This document shows positions 1 through 13,752 of a stretch of 64,000 nt of DNA, one piece after another. Origin of the DNA: Camelus ferus (lineage: Eukaryota); assembly GCF_009834535.1 (NCBI RefSeq), contig NC_045700.1, positions 29,264,001 through 29,328,000 of the forward strand. The letters are read 5' to 3'. Position numbers and translations under genes: made by a program. The notes under the pieces were generated by a model that was not told the origin of the DNA, did no database searches, and saw only the letters and a list, made by a program, of their open reading frames with translations. Every line of letters begins with the position of its first letter. Position 1 is the first letter of the stretch.

Positions 1-761
1 CCTTCCATTCTACTCTTTCATAAAAGTTGAGTCTCCACGTACAGACTAAAGTGGACATTTAGGCAAGAGCTACACCAACACTTCCCCAAGTATATTCCAC
101 AGAATAATAACTCCTGAAAGACATTCAGCTAAAAACAAAAGTCAGTGAATTTTGGAATCACTATATGCTGTTTTCCCTACAGATTCAGTGGAAGTTTACA
201 GTAAAGACAACTGTTTACCAAAGAGTTTTTCACACTTGGAAACGTTTTTGAACCTGTGTCTATAAGCATCTTGTACAGGTACTATTCTGTGGAGCATGCA
301 CTGGTAATGCTGATCTAGCTATGGCAAAGGTCTTCGAAATCTTTTGCATTGTTTATTGGATATTTTCAATAAACAAATTTTTAAAAATTATCCCAATACC
401 TTTTAATAGCCATTTATTTCATTATTTTAAATGCCTCGGACATCTTAAATTTTGAAAGCAGCATGCAAATTTTGTTTTATCTGTATACTTGCCTTATTCA
501 TTAAAGTTTAAAGGAGGTTGACATAAAGGTTGCCTTTCATCTGTGAAGCTGCTTATACTTTTGTTATTACAAGTGAAGGTCAAGGAGACAGTTCTCCTTT
601 TTCATTCTGGGAAGGATTTATCTGACCCCGTTTCACACAGGCCAACACAATGCAACAACAGTAGCTCCAATTAGGCTAACCTATGTGCAAAGCTCCATGC
701 AAAATACAATAGATGGATAAGGTTAGTTAATGTGCACAAGATGAGTAGCAATTAGCAGCGT

Positions 762-855
762 TATACAGATGAGGAAAATGATGATTAAAAGGTTATCAGT
801 AACTTGCCCAGAGTCACACAGCTCTAGTCAATAGTAGCTGAGATTTGAGCTACGT
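762..855 (-). mobile_element. MIR SINE fragment
   Basis: acagatgaggaaaatg...gtaacttgcccagagtcacacagct...gatttgagc matches the reverse complement of the MIR core. Confidence 0.8.
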
Positions 856-1518
856 TGTATTTTTTTCCTAATGAGATATCCTTACTGGAAAATTATTTCG
901 ACTCTGTCTAACTAAGGTTAATGAAATGATTTTCATATTTACATATGACTAGAAAATTTATCTAACAAGAAGCACTAGCTTCAACTTCCCCAAATGGGAT
1001 TATTTTGAGATCTGAATCATCCAAATTATCCTCGAAAAGTGCTTCTTTATAAGGAAAGAAAAAAATGTTAGTTATACTTGAATAAATTTATCACATTAAT
1101 TTAGGTCAAAGTTATGAATATAGTTATAATTTTATAAGCCAGACATATACCTGATGATTTGTTAAAATCTTTTGTATGTTAACATTTTTATTTCATTTCT
1201 GTCCTTTTTATGATATTTGAAATAATTTTTATTTTTTAACAGAAAAGAGGATTTACCACTGTTTTATATGTGTTTTTATCACATATAACCAAAATTTTAA
1301 TTTTTTTCATTAGATACTTGAGCAGGAAAACAATCCCAATTAGAATACTATTTTTATAAAGACATGAGATCTGCTCAGGAGTGATACATTTTATAACATT
1401 ATATCTAACAGCATATCAGGGTAAAAACAGAGGAGACATTACTGAGAAGAAATATGTGTGACGTTTCAGTTTAATACATGTACTACAAGAGAGGGGAAAG
1501 AGAGAAATGTAAAGTCAC

Positions 1519-1951
1519 TGTGTTAGTCTCCAAAGGCTGCCATGATAAATTACTTCAAACTAGATGGCTTATAACTGAAATGTATTCTCTCGAAGTTCCA
1601 GAGGCTTGAAGTCCGAAATCAAGTTGTCAGCAGGGCTTTGCTCCCTCTGGAGGCTCCAGGAAAGAATCCTTCCTGCCTCTTCGTCTCTGGTGGTGGCCAG
1701 CATTCCTTGGCAACCCTTGGTTTGTTTCTGTCTCCACCCTCACANNNNNNNNNNNNNNNNNNNNNNNNNNNNNNNNNNNNNNNNNNNNNNNNNNNNNNNN
1801 NNNNNNNNNNNNNNNNNNNNNNNNNNNNNNNNNNNNNNNNNNNNNNNNNNNNNNNNNNNNNNNNNNNNNNNNNNNNNNNNNNNNNNNNNNNNNNNNNNNN
1901 NNNNNNNNNNNNNNNCGTATCTTTTGAGGGGACACAGTTCGATCCATTACT
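1519..1951 (-). mobile_element. MLT1 (MaLR) solo LTR, interrupted by N gap
   Basis: Starts tgtgttagtctcc..ggctgcc, then aagtccgaaatcaagttgtcagcagg; ends ttttgaggggacacagttc..ccattac. Typical MLT1 reverse orientation. Confidence 0.85.
1745..1915. other. Assembly gap (171 N)
   Basis: N run inside the MLT1. Confidence 0.95.
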
Positions 1952-2269
1952 CTGACCACTGGAAAGGAAATAACTAGAAGTTTGAATATCAAATAGTCAT
2001 TCTTCTCAGACAATATGAATTCATGTATCTATATTTAGCATTTGTTTAAAGACTAATAATTTGCTCACTTAGATGGTCTTCTGTGACTCTGACCTGATCA
2101 AGTCACACTAAATAAGTGAGCCTCTATATGCAGCTAAAAATGAGAAACTCATGCCATGTGCTGGTAACTTGAGAAATTGTCTCACTTGCTACTTGCTGAT
2201 CAGTAAGAGCAGCTCTATGTAACAAAGGATAATTCTTTGGTTACTTGACTTTTTAATTGAACAGGTAAT

Positions 2270-4770
2270 TCATGAACATTTCAAATTTCAAATATACAGA
2301 GTGAAACTCAGCAAAAATTACTCTGCCCAACCCTGAACCTCAGTTTCTGTTTCTCAAATAACTTTCCTTGAGGCAATCATACATAAGCGTGTGTGCATAT
2401 ATGTATGTACAGTACATAGATCCTTTGTCTTTTTTAATACATTTAAGCTGTACATACTGTTCTGCACCTTATTTTTCTCCTTGGCAATTACTTAATGTCA
2501 GTTTATATAGATCCACCTCATTTATTTAATCACACAGTACATTCCATTACAAAGATAAGCTACAAGTTACTTACTTTACATTTTTAAATTGAAAGATCAT
2601 TTTCCATTTTTGTTTGGTTGGTTGGCTTTTTGATTTTTTTAGCTAGTTTGTTTTTAAATACAATTCTGGGATAAATATCCTTGTACATGCTTAATAGTAT
2701 GTGCAAGTGTGCCTCTGAGATAAATTCCAAAAAGTAAAATTTCCGGGACAAAGGACGTATACATTTCTAATTTAATAAATATTAGCAAGTTGTCTTTCAA
2801 AGGGATCGTAAAAATTCCAATTAGAGCAACACACAGGTTTCTATTTCCTGTCTTGTCAACTCAAATAGTATCTAATACGTTAATCTTTGCCAATGTAACA
2901 GGTGAAAAATTAAATCTCATTTGTTATTTTATTTTGTATTTCTTAATTATGAATGTGGTTGCCCCTTTTTTTTTATTTAAAAGCCATTGGGGCAACAAAA
3001 TATCTACGTCCCTTGCTCATTCTTCTGTTGTAATTTTAGTGTTTTAAAATTATTATTTAATGAACTTTTAACAAAGATTAAGAAAACTAATATTTTAAAG
3101 TACATTTATATATTGCAAATTATTTTCTTAGCATTTTTTACTTTACTAAATATTTTCCCATTAAAAAATGTTCAATTTTCCCAATATAAACTATTATTGC
3201 TTCTGGTTTGTGACATGATTTGAGAAAGGTTTATCCTATTCTAAAATTGCATATTTAAAAAATGATTCCTTTTTTTCTATTATTTTTATGACTCATTTAA
3301 TTATGCTCAACTCTTTGATCCCTGGGGCTTAAATCAGGAAATGAAGAAAGAATACAATTTTTCCTCCATATGGTGACCTGTTTATTGAATAACCTCTTTT
3401 TCTCTGACATCTTGGAAATACTTCCCAGATTGTATGAAATTCTTACATGTTGTTTGGTCGCCGTTTTGTTTTATTAATCTTTTAGTCTATTCATTGATCA
3501 GTGCAAACTATTTTAATTTCTCTAACTGTATAATGTTTTAATTTTGATAGATCTATTCCCCTTCATTTTATATTAAAAGAATTTTTTAACCAAAAAAAGA
3601 TTTTTGCCAGATTTTTCTAGTTATGAGTTCAGGCTCATTTTGCAGTTTATAAACTTGAGACTCATCTTTTCTAGAATGTAAAAGAAAAAACAAATCTGGT
3701 AACGTTTAAAATAAGGAATGTATTAAACATATATATTACTTTAGAAATAACTACTGTATGTATAGTAACATTGAAAAGATAAGCTAGCCAGACAATACTG
3801 TTCTATTTGTTCAAATTTTCTTCAGTCTCATGGCTGCTGTTATCATCTTTTCTTTAGATCATGCCTATTTATTAATTCCTATATGAACTGATTATTTTTT
3901 GGTGCTATTGCAAACAGAATAATTTCTCAACGTTAAATCTTCATACTGATTATTTTTATTATGCAGAAAAATTATGATTAAGCCTTTCTTAAATTTACAA
4001 TAATGCACTTAATGTCTTATTATGTCTCATAATGTTTAGTTACTTCTCTTTGTTTTCTAAGTACTGTAGCATATCAGCTACAGATAATGATAATTTTCTC
4101 TTCTCTTTTCTAATTTGTTTATACTCCTTTTTTTTTTCTCTTTTTGAATTATATTGACTAGTATTTCCAGAACAAGTTTTGATAAAAATAGACAGAGTAA
4201 ACAATCTTGGCTTGTTCCTTACCTCCATTGAAATTCCCCTGGTACTTTGCCATTCAGTCTGACATTGGATTTTGGTTTGTAAACCTTTAAGGATGTGACC
4301 ATCATAGCCATTACATTCATATTTTATTAAGGATTACTTTAAATTCAATAATGAAAGTTGAATTTTATTATTTTTTTAGAATCTATGTACATGATATCTT
4401 TCTCTCTTGATATAGTAATATGGTGAACTGTTTTACCAAATTTACTAATATAGCATCACTCTTGAATTCCTGTGATGGAACTTTTCTTATATCATTCTTT
4501 TCAAGCGTATTCTGTTTGTTGACATTTTATTTAGAATTTTTGGCTGAGGTACTCATAAGTGAGATTGGTGTGTGGATCTGCTTTATTGTGCTATTTTAGG
4601 TTTCTTGTGTCAATGTTGCATTAGAGTCATAAAAATATTCTGTGTGCTCTCCTTTACTTTCGATGCGCTGAAGTATTTATCAGCACGATAGCTCTCGTTC
4701 TCAGAGGTTTAGTAGAATTACTCGTGTAACTTCTTGTAAAAACTAAATCTATGGAAGTGAATGTTTATCT
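2270..4770 (-). mobile_element. Old L1 (L1ME-like) 3' end plus ORF2 remnant
   Basis: ORF 4040-4228(-) RKEKRKLSLSVADMLQYLENK resembles L1 RT [21 protein letters not shown]; antisense ORF2 motif agtgagattggt at about 4558; T-rich 3'UTR-like sequence upstream. Confidence 0.8.
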
Positions 4771-5524
4771 TTGACCCTAAGTGACGAACTTGCTAACAGT
4801 TTCTCTTTTTTACATACATTCAATCCAGTTCTGTTTATGGCGTAACCACTCGGAGAGTCTCAGAGGGCACAATGTTACTGATGGCTAGGAAACCGGGATA
4901 CTTCAATGTGAGCCGCAGCCCGCAGCCCCGCTCTCTGTCACTTCTGAATTGACTCACATCACCTCACGGTCAACATAATTGTTTCAAAGTTTGTCATTGA
5001 CAAAGCTGACATTTTCAGGTTCACTCTGCTCCTGAGGGATCTGCCATGTTAAACTGCCTTTGTGTAGACCAGAAGAAACGTGCATGTATCATTCTCTTAG
5101 GTTTTACCAAATTAAATTTCTGTGTCAAAATAATTATTATTTAGTTCTAGCAATTGGTACTATTTATAAATTCTATGTCATCGCCCTAACTGTTGATGTT
5201 AACCTTGCAGACTGAGGTGGTAAGGGAGTGAAGGTACAAAGCCTTGTTAAAAATCTACTTCCTTTTCTCCCTCTCTTTACACACACCACTCTTAGCTCAC
5301 AAAGGAGATGAAGGAGCCCGCCTCAAATCACAGAATATTAGAACCGAAAGGGAACACACACATTACATTATCTGCCCTAACATTCCCGTTGTAGAGCTGA
5401 AGAAACTGAGGCCCCGGGGCCGCGGAGCCGATTGCAGGAGACTCACTCCCTCTGCCGGGGCAGTGCCTCTGCCCCAGGAGAGCAGGGGCGCCTTGTCAGT
5501 GCCACTCCAGGGATGCCTTGCTCA

Positions 5525-5700
5525 CAGGGACACATCCAGGATTTGTGGGGTCTGAAGCTTCCATAGTTCGGAGGCCCTCTTTCAGAAAAAAGAGTATCTT
5601 AATTTGCAGATACACTCAAATGCAGGACTATGTGAACACATTGCTAAAGACCCTCAAAGAGCCTTGGAAGGGACCTGTGCACATGCGTGGGGGCCCCTAA
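5525..5700. mobile_element. MER45-like hAT-Tip100 MITE fragment
   Basis: cagggacacatccaggatttgtggggtctgaagctt terminus; tgtgaacacattgcta..ccttggaagggacctgtgca..ggggccc. Confidence 0.65.
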
Positions 5701-6714
5701 CTTTGCCCCTAATTTCTTTGAACACAAGTTTGATTGTTTTTAAGTTGGTACCTGAGAGGCAATGTAAGTAATGTCCATTTTGATATTCTTCCTATATCAG
5801 CCCAGGGCTTTTGTTCTAATGATCGCATCAGAAATTTTTTAAAGCATAGTCTAGACTTGATTTTCTTATTTCTGAGGTTCTCAGGTAATTTTCAAAAGTC
5901 CTAGTCAAGAGGTAAAACTTCCTTGAGAGAAGCTATGCATATCCATTCCATTCAAGGTCGTAAACTCCCTGGGTTATTTTATTTAGGACTCTTGAGTATC
6001 ACTACAGGAGAGGCAGAGCTACCTGAATAAATAGCACAAGAGCCCATTAGTACTTCTTTTTACTCCAGAATAACATCTGCGGTGAATTTAGCTGTCACTG
6101 TCATGCAGGGCGACGGATGAATCATCAAACATCAGATAGGCTCCTGGCTTCTGTGCGGAGGAGACGGCTTTAAATCCTGAGATGAGCTATTTTCTCTTCT
6201 ATAGGAGAGAAATGAATGGACACAAGGGAGGAATGAACAATCCCCATCTATTTATCTTCAGTTCCGTATATATATGGAATTGAGAGAGAGAGAGAGAGAA
6301 TGAAAGATGGAGGGAGATGGGGAGAGAAGAGAGAGGTTTAAAATATCAGTAAAAACAGCAAGGGCAATTTTCACCCAATGAGAGGAAATATTTCCCGTTT
6401 TTGAAAGTTCTGTGTTGATTTTCAAATATCTATAACTTGTGTTTTCTATAGAACTTTCTTGTCAAAATTCAAGGGATTAAACTTACCTCTTGCTTTTCTG
6501 CTGTCCTAAGTGTTGATTTTTTCTTCGTCATAAAAAAACATTTTTTAAGTGCTTCTGTTGGGCTTGTTAATAAGTGCCAAGTCAAATTCTGCCTCTTTGT
6601 GGGTAGAGAAAATTTTCACTTGCTGATGGGATTTTAGGACCCGATTTTCTGCAGGGCTGTAGGGAGACACTGTAGCAGAGTGGAAAGGAGTGGACACTGG
6701 GGGAAAAAAAAAAA

Positions 6715-6790
6715 GGAAACCTTGGACTGAACTTTGTCTCTCTTATTTACTAGCTGTGTGATCTTGGGGAACTCGCTTAACCTCACTGAG
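6715..6790 (+). mobile_element. MIR fragment
   Basis: tttactagctgtgtgatcttgggg..cttaacctcactgag. Confidence 0.75.
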
Positions 6791-7236
6791 AATAAAAATA
6801 CTGGAAGAGGGACTGGAAGGATCGCATGTAAGTTTCCTGACACACAGAATGTTCTCAGTAATGGTGCCTTTTTATTGTAACCTGCCCCAGGGCTTAGAAT
6901 CTGTGGGACAACTGAGTTCCTGTTCATAGTAATGAGTGACTGAGTTACACTTGCTGGACACATTCACTCCGTCCTCTCTCAATACCTCCCTCAGTATTGC
7001 TGGAAACCACCAGGATGATGGCATTGAACCTGAACTAAGCAACAAGCCCACACATGTTCTTCCACATTATCAACCTCTCTCACCACTGCTTCTGCTGCCA
7101 GTGATTTCCAAGGAAACACAACCTTACTCCAGAAAGACCAGTCTCCACGGATGCCTTTCAAAGCCCTCTGGGTTCCAAAAGTACAATGTGGGGGGTGGGG
7201 GGCAGTGACAAAAGGGAAGGACTCTTGGGTTGCAGC

Positions 7237-7630
7237 TGTAGGGAGGAAAAAGTTTTCCTTTTTTGGGTCCCTGGCTAGGTCTGAAAATTAAAATGATGAA
7301 GACAGATTAACAGGAGAAAAGCATATAGACTTTATTGAATTTTTACTTGTATATGGGAGCTTTTGCAAGAGAATGAAGATCTGAAGAAGTGACCAGAGCA
7401 AGAATCTTTATACTTTGAGACAAAGGAACGATACATTTGTGACAAGTTGACAAGACAAAGGGGTTTGGACTAAGGCTGGTAAATGGTGAAGAAGTAACTA
7501 GAAAGGGCAGTTGAGGGTAGGCCAGAGTGATCTTTTTGCTTTTGCCACTTTTCAAAAATTTCTTCTGCTTAAGATATTTTATATGCCAAGGTGCCATACT
7601 GTAGGGTAGAATGTCTTGAACCTCATGACA
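7237..7630 (-). mobile_element. ERV1-class solo LTR
   Basis: TG...CA termini. On the minus strand: TATAAAGA (7405-7412), AATAAA (7331-7336) and a 5' end tgtcatgaggttcaagacattctaccctacagtatggcaccttggcata typical of eutherian ERV1 LTRs. No clear TSD. Confidence 0.75.
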
Positions 7631-10600
7631 ACTAAAGAAATCCAATACTAACTTACTCATATAAAAAAAAACATATTAACCAATGTGACAGAAGAGATCA
7701 GGGTGTTTGGTATCAAAAACAATGTGCACTAGGGTTTTGTCTCTTTGCATCCTTATCCCCACTTCCCTCTCTGTAGGCGTCAGTCTCAGGTAGGCATTTT
7801 CTGTATAGTCCCCGTAGTTTTCAGGATTAAATTCTCTAAGACCCTTGCCTAAGACAAACTAACAAAAAACTTCTTTTTGCCTCTTGTTCCAACAAAAGAC
7901 TTATAATTTTTTCCTATTGACTTGATTTGGTTGGTCTGTGAAGGAATCAATTTGACTGAGAAGAGGCACAGGTTTGAATCAGGTGCCCTCTCCTGCATCT
8001 GGGGCTTGGAGTCAGCACCCAAATCCCACAGATTACGAGTGGGGGAGGGGAAGTTGCCTTTACCAGAAGGTTGAATTGAGGCCAAGCAGGAACAAATAAT
8101 GAATGTCTACCTCAAATGGTCCCCCGACACTTTTCAGCTGAACTGCTTCATACGAGCACAAAGTCTGACAAAGTCTTTTGTGAACCCCACCTCTTCAGTC
8201 TGTGGCCCTAACCCTCTTTCTATACAAGTCCGTAGTCCGGTCTGTAGGCCACCAGGAGTACAGATGTTTTCCTGACCAGTCCCCCACCTTTGCTTCCCTC
8301 TCTTCTGTTTCCTAGGCTCCCCTGCACTGCCATGCACAAAACTCTTCCTTAAGCCACAAAATGTAAATCCCCTGTGCATATCAACCAACAGTTATAGGCA
8401 TAAAGGAGTGTCAGTCACCTACCAGTTCAGCAAATATCAATCCAGTTGGGGCTTATTTAGCTCTGCTTCATTACCATCCTATTATTATTATTTCGAATTG
8501 TGGATTTTCCCAGCCACGCACCCTGTCCCATTGATCAGGCATGAAGGTCTACCTAAAAGGTCTTAGCAACAGCTACAGACCCTGAAGGAGTTAGAACAAG
8601 CACTTCTAGAGGCACGGGTGGTACAATTAGTCATAAAAAGAGCTCGCCTCCTGGATAAGAGGTTGCTGTATGGATGTCCCGTGCAAGAGAAGTGCAAAAG
8701 GGGGCTTAAAACATCTGGTGTTTGCTTTATCACCTCTGCACCAGGCTTCCATCTCACTGTGGAAGCAGGCACTAAAGCAGCTTGCCAGGCTTCCTGCTGA
8801 CCTTCAGAAATAGCAGGGGAGAAGTATCGGCCGCATTTGCTTTGCACCTGACTCCTGAAATAGAGTATGAGGTATTCCAGAGGAGAAGTATAAGAGAGAC
8901 CTGGAAAGGGAATTCTCTCCCCTCTGCACACTCAGAGATAGCATGCCTGAGCCAAAGAGGAGAATTGAGCTCAGTCTGTAGAACATTTAACAAGGACTGC
9001 ATTTAGTCCCAAGTAAATGGACTCAATTCCATTTACTTAGAAAAAGCTCTAATCCCCAGTGTGATTGCTTTCAGAGCAATGTTCTCTTTGCTGATCATGG
9101 TACATGAATCAGACACTTTATACACTGTAAGCTCAAATTCTAAAAACGTGTGACTAATGATGGCAACAGAACTTAATAGGACCATCTCCTTCGGTAGACT
9201 CCATTTACCTTGTGCCTCAAACAGGAACCTTCCCTCAACAGGAGAAATTTGGAAATGCCCTTCTCAATGGGGCTGTTTCATAAGGAGCAGAGAATGGACT
9301 CAAGTAATTTTCTCTGCTATGTCTAATTCTACGATAATTATAAAGGCACAGTCAAGTTTATACATTTAAAAAATCACTAGAATCAGGACAATAAATAGTG
9401 GGATTATATTACATTTGACCCAATGATCTTTTCCCCTGCATCTCAGTATACAAACATTGATTCTTGGTCTTGTTATAAAATATGAACTCGATTCACATTT
9501 ATTCCATAGGGAAAGAGGAAAAAAATAACAGCATGTAGGAGAAACAGACTCTAGAGTTATCTGCTGAGTTGGAGAACTCTAGGACCTCTAAAAGTTCTAT
9601 TGCTTTATCAGCATTTTCTCAATAAATAATTTGAATAACAATTTATGCCCCACCTGAAGTTAATTGCTAATGTATTGGAATTTATCAATACAGAATACTG
9701 AAAATAGTTTACTTTTGATGACATGGGTAACTCTAAAATTGTGACTATGTAGTTAAGAAAATGTTTATGTGTGTTGTAAGGGATAACAAGTGAAGCTAAA
9801 TTCTTGGCCATGTCTTCTGCTTGGTTACGAGAAGAAAATCTTAGAGTCTTTTATAATTGACCCCTTAATTTTTGACATAATAGCTTAATCATACTAACTT
9901 AAAGAGCTCAATCTCTTGATGGTTTTATAACTTAATAGGGCTGAAAGTATCACATGAGTAGTTTGTTTCTTTCTTTTGGCCACATGTATGTGTATGTGTG
10001 TGCATGAGGCCTATGAAAAAGTGATCTTTTTTTTTTTAAATCAAGTAAGATTCATTTCTCTAAGAGATGATTAATTGCCAGTTTCACAGAAGTATGTCTA
10101 GGCGACATAGCTCAAGTCATAATCAAGTTTTCAGTTGCTTGACTCAGTGCCCAAAAGTTTCAGTCCTTTGATGAAATGCCCAAGTTAAATGGCCCTTTAA
10201 CGTAAATCCATGGCTGAAAGCACTAGGGATTTGGCAAAGCAATGAGATTGACAGCATGACACGCTCATAGACATAAAAGAAGCAGAATAAAAAGATACAT
10301 GTGGTTGGCTTTCCATCCCAAACAGAATTTTAGTCTCAAATGCAAGGACGACCAGTGCTTTCCCAGAGAGAAAATGAACCATCATCTCACTCCCCTAAAT
10401 GGAGTCATTGTTTAATATACACAGATACAACATCACCAAACACACAAACTCACACTCCAACGGGGGAAATGATTCAGGTTCTGGCCTGGGGAAACATCCG
10501 CACATAGCCTCTTATTTTTATTTATTTTTTTGTTACTTGGCTGATTTATACACTGTAACACTGTAGCCAATGAGTCTTCTATGTCTTTCACAGATCCCTT

Positions 10601-11109
10601 GGTTAAGTTGGCAAGAGCTATGACATAGCCTAAATGACTTCTTTGAAACAAGCAGGATAGCATTCATTTGGGTTTTTTAATTTTTCAGCTGTCTGAATGG
10701 CTAATGTCCAGGAATCAATCATATCACCATGTGGCCAAACTAATATAGTAATTATTCCAAAATAGAAATGGCATGATAAGTTCATTAGTAACCAGTCTAC
10801 AAATAACCCATCGTTTCAGATTCATTCCCAAGATTGAGGTAGTGCTTGCTGGTTTCTGAAAACGTTGCTGTTAGAAAGAGCTTATTAAGATTTATTTATT
10901 TATTCACTCTAGTTCTTAACTCATTTAGTGTGGAGAATTTTGTATCCAAATTCATTGACTACTGTGCAGTCTATCAATTCTCTCCCTCTACTTTCTTTTG
11001 GTTTATTTTATCGTTGTCTATTAGTTTATTAAATTTACTAAGTTAAAAACAACTTAGAATACTTTTACATATTTTTTGTTTAATTAAAATATAAAGCTGT
11101 GGACTTTCA

Positions 11110-11477
11110 TGTTATAAACTGAATGCTTGTGTCCTTCCAAAATTCATATATTGAAGCTCAAAGATAACTATATTTAGAGATAGGGCCTGAAAGGAGATAA
11201 CAGATGTTAAATGAAGTCATAAGAGTAAGAGCCTAATCTGAGAGGTCTGGAGCCCTAAGATGAGGAAGAGACACCAGAGCTCTCTCTTGGCCATGTGAGG
11301 GNNNNNNNNNNNNNNNNNNNNNNNNNNNNNNNNNNNNNNNNNNNNNNNNNNNNNNNNNNNNNNNNNNNNNNNNNNNNNNNNNNNNNNNNNNNNNNNNNNN
11401 NNNNNNNNNNNNNNNNNNNNNNNNNNNNNNNNNNNNNNNNNNNNNNNNNNNNNNNNNNNNNNNNNNNNNNNNNNNNN
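11110..11477 (+). mobile_element. MLT1A/B-like LTR, 3' half in N gap
   Basis: tgttataaactgaatgcttgtgtccttccaaaattcatatattgaagc..gagatagggcct..gaggaagagacaccagagctctctct..ccatgtgagg. Confidence 0.85.
11302..11477. other. Assembly gap (176 N)
   Basis: N run. Confidence 0.95.
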
Positions 11478-11649
11478 CCTCTAAATTCAGTTTTAGCTGC
11501 CTCAAAGAAGTGTTCTTAACTTCACTGATTAGCACATAATTTGTAGTATCTGTATTATATTCCTCTTTGATATGGAGTTATTTAGAATAGGGTTTTTAAC
11601 ATTTATTTGTGGTTAAATTATTTTTGTGAACTTAAAATTTGTTCATTTA

Positions 11650-13310
11650 ATTTAAAAATTATGTTTATTAAATATAACATTCATATAGGAAAGAGAAATC
11701 ATAAAGATATAGCTTAGTAATCTATCACAAAGTAAACATGCCCATGTAACCATGGCCAGTGTCAAAACACAGCATCACTAGCATCCCAGAAGAAACTAGC
11801 AAGGCCTTCCCAAAATATCCTCCCCTCTCCTAAGAATAGTCACTGTTCTCACTTCTAGCAACATAAATTAGTTTTGTCTGTTTTTGAACTTTAGAGAAAT
11901 TGAACCAAGTGACACATATTTGTACATATCTGACCTCTTTTGGATGATATCTATTATTGCCCTAAATTGTTCTTTGTTAATTTTCATTGCTTTGTAGTAT
12001 TCCATTGTGAAGCAGAACAAAATATATTCCTTCTGATGTTGATGGGGTTATCTCTGTTGCCTACTTTTTTGAAACTAATTCAAATAAAGTTGCCATGAAT
12101 ATTCTGGTACGTGTGCTTCATATAAGTGTGCATGAATTTCTTTTGGCTACATACCTCAGAATTAAATGGCTGAACCAAGTTTCACAGAAACTGCTAAAAT
12201 ATCTTCCAGGTGATGGTACTACTTTGCACTTAGCAATGAATAAGACAGCTTATTGTTCTTTATTTCATAATAACTTTTTATTTACAATCTTTTTAATTTT
12301 CATCAGTCAGGGGAGGTGGTGGTTAAGAGTGTCTTGGCGTGGTGTTAGTTTGGATTTCCTAGAGGACTTAGTGAAGTTGAGCACTCTTTCAAATGTTTGT
12401 GGGCCATTTGATTACCCTATTTTGTAAAATTTTTGTTCAGTTTTCTTGCTCATTTGTCTATTGGGTTAGCTATGTTTTTCTCTACTCTTATCATAATTTC
12501 TACATCTAATATCTTCTAGGATATCTTGTAGAATCAGTTTTTCTCTTCATTTTATTTTCTTTTTCATCTCCTTACATTTCTATGTACATTTTAGAATCAG
12601 CTTGACAAATTCCAAATTTTGTTTAGAGTTTGTTTGTTTGGATCGAACTGAATCTGAAAATTAATTTGAGTACAATGACCTTTACAGTATGAACATGGTA
12701 TATCCCTTCCTTTATTTAGATTCTCATTAATTTCTCTTAATTTTTTTTTTGTTTTCTATATGGATATTTTGCATATCTTTTCTCAGTTCTGTTCCCACAA
12801 AATTGATTTTTATGCTATTGCTGCATAGTCATTTTCTTGTGTCTTGTTTAAAGAATTTATTGTTTTATAAGTTTCTTCTTATCATTTTAATATCTACTCC
12901 ATCTGTAGTGATGTCCCCTTTTCATTCCTGGAACTGACTGTTAGTGCCTTTCTTCTTCTTTTTCTTATGACCAGCACTGCAGAGTTTTATCGATTTTATT
13001 AATTTTTCCAAAGAATCCAATTTTACCTTGTTTTTTCTATGTAAATTTTTTTAAGTTGACATCTGTGAACTTAGCAGTTTCTATAAATTTTGAAGCTTAA
13101 TTTTCCATCCTAGAGATGGATAATTCATTCATATTCAGTCTTTTTCTTTCTCAGATATGAACTGAAAGCTATACATTTCCTACTAAAGCATGGTTTTATT
13201 ATTATTATTTATTATTATCTGGTAATTCTAACATCTGTTGGTTGGTTCTTTTGTCTTATTGATAGATGATGTTGTTTCCTGTATACCTGGTTATTTTTGT
13301 TTGAGTGCTG
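11650..13310 (-). mobile_element. L1MC-like LINE (3'UTR plus degenerate ORF2)
   Basis: aaagtaaacatgcccatgtaacc..cagcatcactagcatcccagaa; ggtgttagtttggatttcct..gttgagcactctttcaaatgtttgtgggccattt. Confidence 0.8.
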
Positions 13311-13368
13311 CACACTGAATATGAAAACTTGTAGCGATGACATGAGAGTCTGCATCCTGCATCCAGTT

Positions 13369-13589
13369 GTGGGGCTGGCAAGCTTTTTCTTTAAAGACCA
13401 AATAGTAAATATTATTGACTTTGCAGCCCATGTGATCTTTGTTGCGAGTCCTCAACTTTGCCGTGGTGATATGAAAGCAACCACAGACAATATATAAATG
13501 AATGACTGAGTCTGGCTGTGTTCCAAGAGATATTTAATAAACAAACAGTGACCTGGATTTGGCTTACAGGCTCTAGTTTGCTAACCCTT
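13369..13589 (+). mobile_element. MER58A hAT-Charlie MITE
   Basis: ggggctggcaagctttttc..aaagaccaaatagtaaatatt..ggctgtgttccaa..ggatttggc..tagtttgctaaccct, near full length. Confidence 0.9.
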
Positions 13590-13752
13590 CTTCTAGAAAG
13601 GTTTTACTTTTGCCTCTGTTAAGTGGATAAGCTAGGACCACTAGCAATATGGTGCTACCTTCCAGTCAGGAACTGAGATCATTCAAAGCCAGACTTCTGT
13701 TCTTGCAAAGGCTGCTCTATACCTAACTCCTCCAAACCTTCAGAGCCTGGGG

